Of a DNA stretch of 45,387 nt, positions 44,573 to 45,387 are shown piece by piece. Source of the stretch: Bacillota bacterium. GTDB lineage: Bacteria > Bacillota > Limnochordia > DTU087. The stretch spans positions 1 through 45,387 of the forward strand of contig JAAZHE010000201.1 of the NCBI GenBank assembly GCA_012510855.1, read 5' to 3'. The notes beneath the pieces were generated by a model. The model saw only the letters and a program-made list of their open reading frames with translations. It did not search any database and was not told the origin of the DNA. The position numbers and the translations under genes were made by a program. Positions within the stretch are counted from its first letter, which is position 1, and each line of letters starts with the position of its first letter.

Positions 44573-45387
44573 CTACTCTGTAATCTTGGCCAGCTTGTGC
44601 ATGACGGGCCTAAGAGACTCATACGACATCAAGTACGCTTCATAGAGATCATCGTACAATTCCTTGTATTCAAGGCGGGGTTCATACCACTTTTCCACCT
44701 TCACTATCTTCTTGAGTGCGGCCTTGTAATCGTCAAAGGCTCCAACACCGATACCGGCCAAAAAGGCTGCTCCGAACACTGTTCCATCCTGCATATTGGG
44801 AACACCCAGCGGCATACCGGTAACATCAGCTTTGATCTGACACCAAACCGCACTCTTGGATCCGCCCCCAACACTGACAAGGTTTGCCGGCTGAGCGCCG
44901 ATACTGGCGGCCACCTCCAGGTTGTGCCGCAGGGCGAGTGCTGCACCCTCCATGAGAGCCCGGATAATTTCCGACCGCTGCTTTTCATAGGATAGCCCCA
45001 CAAAGACCCCCTTGGCCAGGGGATCCCAGATGGGAGTACGTTCGCCGGCCATATACGGTAGAAAGACAAGGCCACCCGAGCCGGGTTCTGCTTGGGCCGC
45101 CTCTTCACTTAGAATTTCAAAGGGATCTTTGTCCTCTAATAGGCTGGAATCATAAAATCCAGTTCCCAGAACCTGCTGATAGATCCAGTTCAGTACACCG
45201 CCGCTCACCGTGCCACCGGATAGGTGCCATCGATCCCCCAGGACGTGGCAGCCGCTGATTAGGCGAGCATCTGTGTAAGGTCGATCGGTGCAGATGGTCA
45301 TGCCCCCTGCTTGACCGGCCTGTTCTTGGGTTTCCAGGTGTTCGGTGATGTCGGCTCCCAAGCAGGCCGCTGCACAGTCTACACCGC
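44573..45387 (-). CDS. FGGY-family carbohydrate kinase, C-terminal part (N-terminus beyond the window)
   Basis: VSVGGGSKSAVWCQIKADVTGMPL and GAAFLAGIGVG are FGGY C-domain motifs. The frame stays open upstream of the TTG at 45361 (GVDCAAACLGADI...) to the window end. Confidence 0.8.
   Translation of the reverse strand, partial: GVDCAAACLGADITEHLETQEQAGQAGGMTICTDRPYTDARLISGCHVLGDRWHLSGGTVSGGVLNWIYQQVLGTGFYDSSLLEDKDPFEILSEEAAQAEPGSGGLVFLPYMAGERTPIWDPLAKGVFVGLSYEKQRSEIIRALMEGAALALRHNLEVAASIGAQPANLVSVGGGSKSAVWCQIKADVTGMPLGVPNMQDGTVFGAAFLAGIGVGAFDDYKAALKKIVKVEKWYEPRLEYKELYDDLYEAYLMSYESLRPVMHKLAKITE

Noticed and set aside
1-45387. A search by eye for CRISPR arrays, tRNA/rRNA genes, transposases, integrases, phage genes, toxin-antitoxin pairs and defence systems.
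   Set aside because: I found no regularly spaced direct repeats, no cloverleaf-like or rRNA-like segments in the intergenic regions, and no ORFs with recombinase, nuclease or defence-type motifs. The only repeated DNA I found is the terminator pair at 17709 and 19271.

Overview
This is a 45.4-kb, gene-dense window with about 38 protein genes. I saw no rRNA, tRNA, CRISPR array, transposase, integrase or phage gene. The host uses strong GGAGG-type ribosome-binding sites and a standard genetic code. By my reading, 19 TAA, 12 TAG and 7 TGA codons terminate well-supported genes. The content is almost entirely carbohydrate and sugar-acid uptake and catabolism, in six blocks. (1) 1-7499, minus strand: a GntR-type regulator, a tctCBA tripartite tricarboxylate transporter, a divergent PdxA-family dehydrogenase, a cupin, a racemase-fold protein, a TIM-barrel isomerase and a VOC protein. 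(2) 7801-12053: an SDR, a polar amino-acid ABC transporter and a PflX-like radical SAM protein. (3) 12092-21856: a TIM-barrel isomerase, a sugar ABC transporter, an SDR, a DUF2961/GH172 enzyme and a GH2 beta-mannosidase-like enzyme. (4) 22174-25277: an AraM-like glycerol-1-phosphate dehydrogenase and a YtcJ-like amidohydrolase. (5) 25445-39784: one 14-kb minus-strand array. It carries a LarA-like protein, a formamidase-like protein, an intracellular FG-GAP propeller, a URO-D-like protein, an esterase-like hydrolase, a Gfo/Idh/MocA oxidoreductase, a second PdxA paralogue, a GNAT, a Zn-ADH, then dgoD, a kdgK-like kinase and eda. (6) 40067-45387: an FGGY kinase, a GatD-like dehydrogenase, a GatZ-like protein and a GHL6-type putative glycosidase. 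The most notable sequence-level observation is four gene lesions. There is an in-frame TAA in the GntR regulator, an in-frame TAG in the KDG kinase, an in-frame TGA in the URO-D-like gene, and a 1-nt frameshift between the signal peptide and mature domain of TctC. The most interesting candidates for undescribed biology are the two PdxA-family loci that lack a DUF1537 kinase, and the LarA-like / formamidase-like / FG-GAP / URO-D-like cluster. All family assignments come from motif recognition by eye. No database search was run.
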